A stretch of 64,000 bases of DNA from Elsinoe ampelina (GCA_010093995.1 ML992510.1:323504-387503); one strand, 5' to 3'. Numbered from the stretch's first letter, positions 12,976-25,434 are shown. Numbers and translations: made by a program. The notes: generated by a model from the sequence alone, not told the origin.

Positions 12976-13080
12976 ATAGCGACCTAACGTAGTTAAACTT
13001 AGTTTAATATAGAGAAACCTAATATTCTAACTCCCTACGCTTAGGACTTTCGTGATGCTAGCGTTAGGGATTTTATAACG

Positions 13081-16000
13081 TATAGACGTACACTTCTTAG
13101 TAGTAGAGACATATAGTAATATCTTAGTATAATAGTCTATAATTACTAGTACTATATTATAGACGCTACTACCTTACTTGCTTAGTAGTAGGTTAGTAAT
13201 AAAATCTATTATAATTTCTTGCTATAGGTAGTCTAGTATTAGTAGCGTACGTAGCTTACTATAGAGGCGATAGTAGCGCGCCTTATATTTCTAATATACT
13301 TAGTATAACTATACGTAGTTATTAATGTCTTTTCTTATAGTTACCTAGAAGTACTTCTACAAGAGAAGTTTAAGTATCTTATCCTTGCCGAAGTAACTAG
13401 CCTATTCGCCGTTGTAGTATATACGTAGTACCTATACCTTAAGTACGCTATTATTCGAAATAACTAGTAACTCTTTATAGAAGAGAAGATTATCTTATAT
13501 ATTCTATAGCGCTCTACTCTTGTCTCTACTACTCCTTACTTACGAACGTAGCTTTATAATCTTAGAGTCTTATCTCTATAGTAGCTCTACTACTAATATT
13601 AGGTTAGTAGATAGATCTTTAAAGGGATTCTCTCTCGTAGTTGCCGTAACTATAACTCGCTAGGTCGTTATAAGCCCCTAGGAGTTCTTAGAAGAGAAGT
13701 CGCTACTATATAGTATATAGGCGGCCTAGGCCTATCCTAGAGTAGCCTTGTATATAGCGTAGATACGTCTAATAAGCGAAGTAGCTTCCTTAACGTTAGT
13801 AGTCTAGTCCTATATACGAAGCTTATTCTAAAGAGTAGAAAGGAGATATAATACCTCTTACTCTTCTACTACGTAGTTAGGGCGCCTTAAGAGTATATCG
13901 GCTAGGTTCCTCGTGCCTAGCTAATGCTCTATTATAAAGTTAAAAGTAGCAAGGAAGGTAGCCTAGTAAGCTTATTAGCCGTTTAGCTATTTTAGCTTTA
14001 TAAATCCTTAGAGATTGTTATAGTTAGTAAGTACTTAAATTATATACGAGACACCTTTAAGGTAGTATTACTATTACTTAAATATATATATAATTACTAA
14101 TAGCTCTTAGTTATATATCTTGTAATTATACTTAGCTAGGATAAACTTTCTCGACTAAAAGGCAATTAGGTACTAAGCACTATTAAATAGTTAAGATAGG
14201 ATCGCCGCCGCTATAAACTTTAATATATCGCTTTCGATATATAGGGGCAGTATAGAATTATAGTAACGGAGAATAGAGACACGCGTAAAGGCGTCCCTAA
14301 TGTCCTTAAACGCCTACTATTTATTTATGCTCTATATAAAAGAGCTATACTTACGACCTTTAACTAAGCCTTTAAAAAGGCTAGAGAGAGAAGTAATAAT
14401 CTTAGAGTAGTACTATACAAAGCAACAATAGAAGTTTATAAAGCTAGTAAACTACTAGACCTTATAATAACTCTTTAGCCTTAGCTAATTCTTAATTATA
14501 GTTACCTTACTAGGATCTATCGAGACGCCTATAGTAGAGATAATATAGCTAAGGAATTCTACCTCCTTAGTAAAGAATTTATATTTCTTAAGGTTAGTAT
14601 ATAAAGTAAACTTCTATAGCCTTACTAGAATCTTGTATATATAATATATATAGTTCTCTCTCGAATTGCTATAGATAAGAATATTATTAAGGTAAATAAT
14701 ATAGATAGTGTTAACTAGCCTACCTAGCGCCTTATTAATATACGCTTAGAAGGTAGCTAGAGCGTTAGTTAATCTAAAAGGCATAACTAAGTACTTAAAA
14801 TAGCTATAGCACGTGCGGAATATAGTCTTCTACTCGTCGCTATACTTAATAGAGATCCTATAGTAGGCATCCTTTAGATTTAACTTCGAAAACTACTAGG
14901 CTTACCTAAGCTAATTAAGCGTCTTACTAATAAGTAGAAGCGAGTAGCAATTCTTAATAGTTACCTTATTTAAGCCCTAATAATCTACGTATAAGTATAG
15001 GCTACTATCTTTCTTAGGTACAAATAGGATAAGAGTACCTACCTCGCTTATAGAGTGCCTAATTTACTTATTTAATTAAGTAGTCTCGAGATAGTCCTTA
15101 AGTACTATAAGCTCCTTAACTAAGAGGTTATATAAGGGCTAGAATAGAGGTCTCTTACCTAGCTCTAGCTTAATTGTATACTTTACGCCTAGTAGGCGTA
15201 GTAGGTTAGTAATATTCTTATATATAAAGACGTTAAAGAACTCTACGAACTCTAGTAGAAGAGCTAGGTCGCCTACGGCGTAAGTACTCTCCTTAGATAG
15301 AGTCTATACTATAGTATATACTCTCGGCTTGTTCTTAAGGTCCTTTATAAAGTCTTCTAGTTCGTATAAGCGAACTATACACGAGAAGTAGCTATATAAC
15401 TAGTTATCTATAGTGCTATTTATAATTATATATTATCTCCTTCGCTATAGGCGCTCTAAGATAACTAGAGGGCCTAGTCCTAAGTCTATAGCGTAGAAGA
15501 GGCCGATTATCTCCCTAAGGTTACTATAGAAGTCTACTAGACATACGCGAAGCTAGTATATACTATAGTAGAATCCGGCTTACTCTATAAAGAAAGATAT
15601 ACTTAAATACTAAGTATACTTAACTCTTAGCAAATCGTAACAAAGAGTAAATACCTAAGATATAAGATTAACTTCTATATAATTGTCTATAAGGAACATA
15701 TAGTCTTTACGCTCTATAGGCGCTATAATAGCGCTATAATAGAGTAGTAATAGGTAAGCGTTAATAGGAAGAGAAGAAGAGCTTAGTTACGCTCCCTAGC
15801 TAAGCCCTTAAAGTTTACTAGCTTAGAGTTATTAACCTTGTCTCTAGTAGTAACCTAGTGTACTACCTACGACTTATAGTCTCTCTATAAGTACCTCGAC
15901 CTATACTCCGGCTTAATATAACTAGTTTTGCTATAGCTATAGCACTTAGTATTCTTCTTCTACTTGTTAGAGAAACTCCTCTACCTACTAAACTATTTAG

Positions 16001-17218
16001 TAGGTAGGTTAGTAGCTTTATACTCGTAGTAAGCTTAAGAGCTGCTACTAGACTAGTAGTAGTATTCTTCTCGAGGGCTACTATAACTACTATACTTATA
16101 CGAGTAGTTACTTTTATCTTCTTATATAGCGCGCTTACTACTAGTATAGTCTATAGACTTAATATATAAGTCTAAAGAGACTAACTTCTAGCGCGTAGCT
16201 AGAATAGTATAGTGTTTAATAATAGTAGTACGTAGTATAGGCTATAGCTTAGTAAGGAGGTAGTATACTCTCTACTCCTTAGAGTAGAGAGCTAGTTACT
16301 TCTTAAGGGTAGTAAGCTCTAAGGCGAAGGCCTAGATAGATTAGCCCTTACGTTGTTAGGTACCCTTATATACGAGAGTTATATATACTCTATAGTTAAT
16401 AGAGTTATTAACTACGTCTTATATAAACTAGTAGAATTACTCCTACGTATAGTCTTCTAGGCTATCTACGTAGTAGTAGTAGTACTATGTCTTATCTAGC
16501 TCGCCTACGAGAAATATAACTCTATATAGCACCTTCTACTAGTTAGTAGAGTAAGCCTTAGAGGCTAGAGTAAAGATAACCTCGAGATTCTTTAGAAAGG
16601 ATCTTACCTCTTTTAGAGTCTTACTCTAATAGGGATAAGGTTCCCTTAGTTAAGGTTGTTTAGAGAATAGTCTTATAAATAGTCTACTACTGCTATATAT
16701 ACTCTACGTACTAGCGTTACTTACTATAGGCTTAGTAGAAGCATGTAAGTCGTAGTTAAAGCCTTCTTAGTAGTATTCTATATTATATACGTAGTACATT
16801 TACTTAATCTCTTCCTCGAGGCTCTAAGTCTTAAGCTCTAGCTCTAAATACTTACGCTTAGCACGTAGGTATAGTAGCTACTTCGTAAGAGTTTCTTCTT
16901 TCTCTAGGGGAGTCTACTTAATAGAGTCTATCTCTATAACATTGTTTATATAAGGTATAGGCGCCTCGCCGATAGAGTTCTAGTTGTCTATAGAGTCTAA
17001 TAGATTACGACTATAGAGGAGTAATTAGAACTATTAAAGCCTTATATTAAAGCTATATATGTCGTAATATAGAGAACGCCTATCTAACCGAATAGTCCGT
17101 TAGTAGTAGAACTAATTACTGTTAAGCTCTAGGCGTAAGCGCTACGTAGGATATTTAAGTACGTTACGTAAGTGGGACTAGCCGCTACTAAGTGCCGCTC
17201 TAATACTAAGCCCTTATA
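13081..17218 (-). mobile_element. Ty3/Gypsy family A copy, truncated within integrase
   Basis: The reverse complement is colinear with ~49117-53170 (gag, RT with RIPped YLDD at ~14685, RNase H, start of integrase). The 187-bp 5' LTR is at 17032-17218. Homology ends at 13081. Confidence 0.93.
17032..17218 (-). repeat. LTR family A (187 bp), 5' LTR
   Basis: Reverse complement of the LTR at 55537-55723. Confidence 0.95.
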
Positions 17219-17630
17219 TTATGCTAGCTAGAAGCTCTAGTATTATTACATCTATTAGCTAGCTAATAAAGATCTTACTAGTAATTAATCTATAGTAGAT
17301 TAAGGTACTAGGGAGATAGCTATTAATAGTAATAGCTAGTAACACGCTCTACCTCTTACTATGCTACTTTAGCTAGATATCTATATACTTCTTACTAACG
17401 GGCGCCTACCTATACCTCCTCTACGCTGTGCGCTTATTATAAGCCGACTTATTAATGTAAATAATTCTATTAACCGGCTAAAGTATATACCTTCGAGTCT
17501 AATTCGCTCTAAGTATTATATCTCTTTTAGCTACTACCTTCTTAGCTACCTTTCGAGACTACTACTAGCGCTAGATCGTGTACTAGATTATGCTTAAGTA
17601 TACCTAGCGATTGTGTACCTCCCTTAAGAA
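17219..17630 (-). pseudogene. Tc1/IS630-type (DDE_3) transposase fragment, interrupted by Gypsy A
   Basis: Minus strand de-RIPs to RII.IDESA.NERTAWRRYGWAPVG...KRWSVLPAITIDGYL...GSITGEIF (DES at 17445-17453). The reading stops at the Gypsy LTR edge. Confidence 0.75.
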
Positions 17631-18147
17631 GGCTTAAACTTCGTTAAGATAAGTAGTAGAGATATTATTTAGGTAGGCTATTACCTTCTTAGATAGGTTA
17701 GCATAGAAAGAGCTTAGCTATAAAGGACTTACATCTTCTAAGAAAGGGGTAAGAGTATAAGGGCGTAGTATATAAGCTTTAATAGAAGAATAAGAAGTAC
17801 TAAAGAACTTAAGGGATAGTCGAATTTAGCGGATTATAGCTCTAGCTACCTTAGTAGTAGCATAAATAGCACAATTAGTATACTCTTTAGTAAGCAAGAA
17901 CTATATATCTACTAGTTTTAATTTAGCTATCTAATGATTAACTATAATAGTAATAACCTAATTAGAGTAGTATAGTGACTATTATACCTTTTTTTAGCTT
18001 TAATTTATTAGTATTCTCTATGGACTTCTAGCTAGCTAAATTTAATAATAAGAGATTAATACGGAGTATAACACGCTAAGCCTAGAGTGGCTCGGTTAAA
18101 CTTAAAACAACTATATATAAACTCCTCTAAATTAATATATAGCTAAG

Positions 18148-18350
18148 TATTAAGAATATAGCTCTCTCTAGATAATTAGGCTATAAAGTTATATAACCTT
18201 AAGTTATATAATGCTAAGGCCTAGGGATTTATAGCTGTTCTTTCTTCTAGTAGATAGACTTCTTTTAATTAACTAACTCGTCTATTACCTAACTAGTATA
18301 CGATTAGTTCTATATAATATTCTACCCCTAAACGTGCCTTCTACTTAATA
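18148..18350 (+). repeat. Copia-1 5' LTR
   Basis: Matches 23308-23510 with transitions only. Confidence 0.95.
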
Positions 18351-21300
18351 GGTTATAAGCCTAGCTCGGATAGCATAAGTATAGAATTATATATACTGTA
18401 GTTAAGTATCTACATTATTAAAATTAGGCCGGATTCTATTAGTATTCTCCTCTATTTCTCCTCTATTATCTGAATCCTAGACAGATTAGTAGAGGTAGTA
18501 TAAAGCGTAAAAGACTAGTTACTTAGTGCATTAAGTAGAACGTATTAAGATGTCTACTATAGATTTATTTCTATAATTGTATAACAGCTGCTATTTATTA
18601 GCTATAAATAACTAAACAATATTTGTTTTATTACTATTTTCTCTCTTAAGATTAAGCACCTATTAATCTTATTAACAATTATCTAGTTAAGACTAGTATA
18701 AAGATCTTAACACCTAGAAGAATTAACTTAAAGGTTATTAACCTCTAGATCTTAACCTTTATTTATTTATTTATAAAATTCTCTTCTACTCTAGAATATA
18801 TCTTTAGCTATAGAAGATAATAATACCTAATTAAGGTAGCTAGTGCCTATACTCTCTAAAGACAACTATAAGAAGTAGTTCTAATAAATAAAGCTCTAGC
18901 TTATATTAAAGAAGGTATTATAGACCCTTACTTCCCTTACTAAACTATTAGTAATAACTCTAGGGTTATTATTAACTTTCTTATTTCACTCTTAGTATTT
19001 TCCTCTATTAGTAGAGGAGAATAGTGCTACTCTTTACTAGATCTATAGATATATCTCTAAGAGAGATTAAGAGATAATTTAGGAATAGTAGTAGGCTAAA
19101 CTAGCTTAGGAGAAGCTAAAGAGTAAGTATATAAAGTAGATAGGTATATAAGTAAGACAACTTTAAAAAGAGTTTATAATATACACTATAGGTAATAATA
19201 TAACTATCTTAGATACCTAGTTATACCTAACTATATTAGGAAGGAGAATTAATAGATCTTTAGAGATTAAGTAATACTCCTTGCTAATAACAAGAATTTA
19301 AAAACTACTTAGTGCTCTTCTAGCTTTATAGTTAACTATAAGAGATACCTTAGATGCTTAACTATACCTTAGTATAGATAAGATCTATAACATTCTTAAA
19401 GAAAAGAAAGCATAGAAGAGAGAAGAGAAATCTATTATATTTATAAGAGGTAGACTATAATAGAGAACTAGTAGAAGCTTAAACTATATATATATCTTAT
19501 ATAAGGAACCTAGATACTCTATATTAAAGTGTCCTTATCTCTAATAAGCTAAGAAGTATATCTAGCTATCCTATAGAGTTACTAAAAGGAGTAGCTCTAT
19601 AAGGAGGTAGTTACCTAAGCGCTAGGAACTACTTAAACTTATAAGATAGCTTACTAAGAGAATAGACTCTCTTAAAGTAGCTAAATTAAGAAGGAGAGGC
19701 AAAGCCTATCTAGCTACTAAGGGAGGTTTATTATTAATATCTCTATCTCTATTACTAGAAGTTCTATCTAGGGATAAAGAGCTTAAAACTATAGGTTCTA
19801 TATTAGAGGTTTAAGGTAAGCTTCTATATTATTAATAGATACTTAACTCTAGAGTATCTAACTATATAATAGACAAGCTAACTCTCTTTAGAGACCTATT
19901 AAGCAAGATTTACACTCGATAGATCTAGGTTAGAGGGAGTTACCTTTAGTTATAGTTAATAGAAACTATAATTATTAAGACTAAGAAGAGAGATAAGATA
20001 AAGATATAAGCTCTCTATATACCTAATCTTAGTATAAATTTAGTCTTCTATTACAAGCTATATATAGATTTAGGTGTTTCTAGAGTTCTTAATTTAAATT
20101 CTTTTCTTGTCCTTAATTAGTAGAAGTAACTACTACTTAAAGCTAAAATTCGAGGGGGGGTATATATTATCTAATCCCTCTTTAAGCAATTAGCTAATTA
20201 AAAGCCACATTCTAGATCTAAGCCCGGCTTAATTCTAGATCTAGCTAATTAGGATTTAGCATTCCTTACTACCTAGCTTATAATTATATTATAGACTAAG
20301 TATATATATCTAACCTAGGATAAGCAATAAGAGGATCTTATTAACTTAGGACCTAATAACTCTAAGATAGAGTATTAGCTTTAGTATAGAAGATTTACTT
20401 ACCTTAGGATTAAGAAGCTTAGGGATCTTTATAAAGTTATAACTCTTAAGAAACTTATTAACCTAAACTATAATCTGTCTATTTTATATAAGGTCTATTC
20501 CCTTATAAAGATAAGGAATAGAAGAGGTAAAACCTTATAAAGAAGACTCGAAGTTCTTTAGCTTATCTATATAAATATCTATAGTCCTATTAAAGTAAGT
20601 AGAGAAGGACTTAGATACTTCCTTAAGCTTATAGATAGCTACTTAAGAATAATATAGATTATACTACTTAAGACAAGAGACAAAGCTTTATAAAGGCTTA
20701 TTAAGTAGAAGCTAAGGGTTAAGAAGGAGAGTAATACTAAGGTTAAGGTTACTAAATTAGACAATACTAGTAAACTTAATAAGATCCTAAAGTAGTAGAA
20801 GCGCTAAGAAGATATCTATTATATAACTACTAAGCTATAAAATTTAATTTAGAATAGACTAGTAGAGAAAGGCATCTAAACCTTAAAGAATAGTATAAGA
20901 GTAATACTTAAGGACTTAAAGATACTAAATAAGTTCTAGCCTAAAGTAGTTTAGGTAGATATATATCTAAGAAACAGAATAGTAACTAGACCTATAATTA
21001 ATAATAAGCAAGTTACACCTATTAAGGCCTATATAGGTATTAAGCTATTAGTTAATTATATTAGAGTCTAGAGCTACAAGGTATATACCTATATAAACCT
21101 AAAGTCCCTTTCTATATATAGAAGAAAAGACAAGCTTATAGACAGAGGAAGAGTAGAAGTATTTCTTAGCTATATAGATAAATCTAACAGGATATATAAG
21201 ATATAGGCACCTAATAGAAAGGCAGTAATTATATTACTAAATATTAAATTCTCTAAGTTTAAGAAAGGTAGTAATATTAATCTTAGTATTAGAATTAATA

Positions 21301-23307
21301 CTATAAGTAATTAAGTACTAGTTAGGAGACTAGTTAGTAGACTAACTTAGATTTAGACTAAGGTTAGATCTAGGATAGACTAACTAAATTAGCCTATCTA
21401 GAATAAAGCACCTATAGGGAGAATCTTCTTACACATTAAGATCCTAAGAGTTAACTCTATTAACCTTATAGATTTTTAACATAGAAAAGAGCTAGTAGTT
21501 TAATCTTTACTAACTAACTATATAAGTTAATTACTTAAAAGATTAAGAGATAATAACTCTAATAATAAAGGCCCTAAAGCTAAGCACTATAGAGCTTTTA
21601 TTACTAAGTATATTAATTAGTAAGATAAGGTTAATAAGATTACTATAATAGCCTCTATTAAGTAACATATCCTAATCCTAAGGGACTACTATAAGGCTAT
21701 TACTAATCTAGTATAGGGAAGCAAATAGTAGAAAGTAATTAATATAGAGCTTAATACTCTATACTTAAATAATATATAGGAAGAGGTTATTCCTCTAAAA
21801 GGATCTAACTTAGTAACATCTAAATAGGTCTTTAATATTAAGTATAACATAGATAGCTCTATTAAAAAGTTTAAGGCTAGACTAGTTACTAGAGGCTTCT
21901 TATAGAAGTATAGTATTAACTATAAAGACATATTTATACTAATAGTTAAAGTAGATATACTTAGGCTATTCTTCGCTATTGTTTATATATATAACCTTAA
22001 GTGTCACTAGATAGATATTAATAACACTTTTATAGAGTTTTTTCTTTATAAAAGGATCTATATAAGGCTACTACCTAGACTAAAGGTTAGTCCTAGATTT
22101 GCCTTCTAAATTCTAAGGAGCTTATATAGACTTAAGTAAGCTACTAGAGACTAGAACTAGCACTACATCTCTAAGCTCCTAAAGCTAAGCTTTACTTAGA
22201 GCAAAGTAGATCTCTATCTTCTTATATACTATAATAAGAAGATTATTCTTTTAGTTTATATTAATAATATACTATTTATAGCATAAAGTAAGAAGAATAT
22301 CTAGTAGTTTAAGTAAGAACTTAGTAAGATCTTTAAGATTAAAGATCTTAGTAAAGTTAATAAAGTTCTTAGGGTTAAGGTTATAAGGGATAGACAATAA
22401 AGCACCTTAAGACTTAATTAAATCTACTATATAGATAATATGCTATAGAGGCTTAATATAACCTTTAACAAGGTTACTCCTATAAAGTAACTAATAGATA
22501 ATAAGCTTCCTTAGAGAGCTTAAAAAGATAATATAAGGTTTAGTAGGACTAAATATTTATATACTATTAGAAGCTAGATATACCTTAGTACCTTAATAAG
22601 GCTAGATACTACCTTTGCCTTAGGAAGGCTAAGTTAGTTTATAGTAGATCTAATAGATAGTTATACTATTAAGATAAAGAGGATATTAAGATATATTAGA
22701 TTAACTAAAGATCTTAGTATTATATTTAGGAGAAATAGAGGTAAGACCCTTAAGGGATACTCTAATTTAGATTATGCCTTAGATAAGTTAGATAGGGTTT
22801 CTATTCTTAGATATGTCTTTATACTTATAGGTAGTCTTATTAGCTAGATAAGTAAGAAGTAGAAGTCTGTTTTAACCTCTACTATAGAAGCTAAATATAT
22901 AGTAATATACTCTTATATAAAGAAATTACAGTTCCTGTCTTAGTTACTAAGAGATATAGGCTATTATAAGATAGTTAGGCAATTACTATAGAGGCTAACT
23001 ATAAAGGAATCTTAGAAAGCAATAATAAGATTACTCTTTACTACTAGGATTAATAGTAATAACTAAGTAGCTCTTTTACTCGTAAAAGAGCTATATACTT
23101 ATAAAAGGGTAAAGCACATTAATGTCGCTTACTACTACGTTAGAAGGCTATAGAGGAACTAGAGGATTTAAGTGGAGTTTATAAGGACAGTAGATATAGT
23201 AGCTAATAGGTTAACTAAGCTATTATAAGGTTAGATCTTTACAAGGTTTATAAAGTAACTTAGCTTATTATTAACCTAATAGCTTATCTATAGGAGCTAA
23301 GTAGAAG

Positions 23308-23510
23308 TGTTAAGAATATAGCCCTCTCTAGATAATTAGGCTATAAAGTTATATAACCTTAAGTTATATAATGCTAAGGCCTAGGGATTTATAGCTATTC
23401 TTTCTTCTAGTAGATAGACTCCTTTTAATTAACTAACTTGTCTATTACCTAACTAGTATGCGATTGGTTCCATACAATATTCCACCCCTGAACGTGCCTT
23501 CTACTTAACA
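23308..23510 (+). repeat. Copia-1 3' LTR
   Basis: Reads tgttaag...cttaaca, preceded by a purine-rich tract and followed by the TSD. Confidence 0.95.
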
Positions 23511-24057
23511 CTAAGAACTAATAGCAGGTAGAGTTTATAAATTACTTAGGTGTCGTTCCTTTTTGAATTCTATTCTTTTTAGATCACTATTAGACTCGTC
23601 TTGATCGTGGCTATCGATTGAGTTGAAGATCACTTCGTAAATTTAAGTAAGGTGTTCAAGTTGTAGTTTTATTGTTGGTGCTCAGGATTTGCTAGGCTGA
23701 TGTCTTGGCAAAGCTGTAGGGGACCCCTCATGCTCTGGCGGGTTTTACAATCCAGGCAATCGCTACACAACAAAGACAATGCATTATGAAAACATCCCCC
23801 GCACTGCTTTTCACGTATGTAGCAACTATAGGCGCGGCTTATCTGGCCTGGATCGGGCTTTATCCATTGCCTGTTTGTGACACGCACTTCCTGCTCGTGT
23901 AGTGCTCGAGCGGGATCATTCCGCGGACCTACAAATTTTTGGATGACTTCACAAGCCGACTCTGACTGCGACTATGCTCTGTCCTCTCAGATCCACCTTT
24001 CTTCCTATCTGCAGGACCCTGAAACTCCTCATGACGATCAAGTAACACATCTCCACC

Positions 24058-25434
24058 ATGTCCGCGCCAGAGTCCACCTCACCACCCTTCGAAAAGCCCG
24101 ACCAACTCTCCCCCTCCACCCCACCAACCTCCCTCCCCTTCCCTCCTCTCACCAAATCCCACATCCTCGCCTGCTCCTACCCATCCTGGTACCCTCTCTT
24201 CCGCTCACACACACCCAAAGCACGCATCCTCCCCCTCCCCGCCTCCTTCACCGCCTACCTCCGCTCCGACGGCATCCTCCTCCCCCCCTCCAACCCCACC
24301 ACCCCGCGGCCCCTCACCCCCACAACCGAAGACGAAGGCTTCTTCTCCTCGACCTCCCACGCCTCCTCCAACTCCTCCTCCAGCACCGCCTCACAACCCT
24401 CGGACCCCTCCCTCCACTGGCCCACCCTCCACGCCTCCGTCCGCTCCACCATCTCTTCCCTCGGCGGCTCCGTCGTCCCGAAACTAAACTGGTCCGCGCC
24501 CAAAGACGCCACCTGGATCGTCGCGGGAAACAGCCTGGAATGCCGCGCGGCCAACGACGTCTACCTCCTGCTCAAAAGCAGCGACTTCATCACGCACGAT
24601 CTCGAGCACGCATTCGACGGGTGCGTGGACTGGGCCCCTCCCTCTGCGGCGGAGAAAGAAGCAGGCTTGAACAGGGGGGCCAAGTTGGACAAGGAGGTGG
24701 AGTACGCGCTTGTGTTGCGCAAGTACTTCCGGCTGAACCCGAGTTTGGAGTTCAGGGTGTTTGTGCGACGCGGGGAGGTGTTGGGGTTGGGACAGAGGGA
24801 TTTGAATCATTTTGAGTTTTTGTTTGGGTTGAGGGGACGGTTGAGGGAGGTGATATTGTCGTTCTGGGAGAGAGAGGTCAAGGGGGTTTTCAAAGAGGAG
24901 AGTTATGCCATGGATGTATATGTCCCGCCGCCTCATGAGAGGTGTTGGGTTGTGGATTTTAATCCCTGGGATCAGAGGACGGATCCGGGGACGTGGAGCT
25001 GGTTGGAGCTGTTGACGATGGAGGCGCCGGAGCAGGTTTGGGGGAGGAGGGAGGAGGCCGGGTTGGTGGGGGACGTGGTGAGGTTGGATCTTAATGGGGA
25101 TGGCAACGCGGCGACGACGGAGGACACGGAGGAGGGTGAGGACGATGATGAGGAGAGCGAGGCAGGTGACTTCTCTGACGGTGGCGACGACGTTGAAGTC
25201 CTCTACGACACTATCGGCCCAGAGTTCCGCCTTGCTGAGCGTGACGACCCGGAAGCATACATGTTCAACTCGACGCGGTATAGCGCACATAAGCTCCCTC
25301 GCGACGTGGTGGATGCGAGCCAGAGTGGGGCGGGTGGCATAAGGGAATTTGCAGACCAGTGGAAAGAGATACTGGAGAAACGGACTCGGGAGGAAGAGGG
25401 AATGGAGAGCGATGCAGATGACGATGATGAATGA
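24058..25434 (+). CDS. CDC123: Cell division cycle protein 123 (D123 family, ATP-grasp eIF2 assembly factor)
   Basis: Intact 458-aa single-exon ORF with family motifs CSYPSWYPLF, YLRSDGI, PKLNWSAPKDATWI, LLLKSSDFITHDL, LVLRKY, EFRVFV, QRD and DFNPW. Confidence 0.96.
   Translation: MSAPESTSPPFEKPDQLSPSTPPTSLPFPPLTKSHILACSYPSWYPLFRSHTPKARILPLPASFTAYLRSDGILLPPSNPTTPRPLTPTTEDEGFFSSTSHASSNSSSSTASQPSDPSLHWPTLHASVRSTISSLGGSVVPKLNWSAPKDATWIVAGNSLECRAANDVYLLLKSSDFITHDLEHAFDGCVDWAPPSAAEKEAGLNRGAKLDKEVEYALVLRKYFRLNPSLEFRVFVRRGEVLGLGQRDLNHFEFLFGLRGRLREVILSFWEREVKGVFKEESYAMDVYVPPPHERCWVVDFNPWDQRTDPGTWSWLELLTMEAPEQVWGRREEAGLVGDVVRLDLNGDGNAATTEDTEEGEDDDEESEAGDFSDGGDDVEVLYDTIGPEFRLAERDDPEAYMFNSTRYSAHKLPRDVVDASQSGAGGIREFADQWKEILEKRTREEEGMESDADDDDE

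Larger units (their letters stand above)
1..13080 (+). mobile_element. RIP-degraded large composite DNA transposon remnant (Plavaka-type transposase with SNF2-like and BTB-like cargo); left end outside window
   Basis: The region is continuously RIP-saturated and contains co-oriented Plavaka transposase, SNF2-like and BTB-like remnants, plus 29-bp subterminal tandem repeats at 12901-12975. Homology to the adjacent Gypsy stops abruptly at 13080/13081 (...gggattttataacg|ta). That all these genes belong to one element is an inference. Confidence 0.6.
18148..23510 (+). mobile_element. Complete (RIP-dead) Ty1/Copia LTR retrotransposon, TSD CTAAG
   Basis: 203-bp LTRs lie at 18148-18350 and 23308-23510 (TG..CA intact in the 3' LTR), with TSD ctaag at 18143-18147 and 23511-23515 and PBS ggttataagcc. 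De-RIP domains in Copia order: Zn knuckle (~19490), protease WILDSG (~19835), integrase WHRRFAHLG/IHIDICGP (~20380-20590), RT FKARLVARGF and YVDD (~21870, ~22255), RNase H KHIDV/ADGLTK (~23110-23220). Confidence 0.95.

Noticed and set aside
1..13080. Starship giant element
   Set aside because: No tyrosine-recombinase (DUF3435) captain is recognisable in the window; the only mobility gene seen is Plavaka-type.
18400..18720. Possible solo LTR or insertion within the Copia-1 leader
   Set aside because: It starts with tgtagt and is slightly less RIPped, but no matching end, TSD or second copy was found.
23877..25290. 312-aa (+) and 268-aa (-) ORFs overlapping CDC123
   Set aside because: Shadow frames caused by high GC and skew; low-complexity P/H/L/R content with no motifs.
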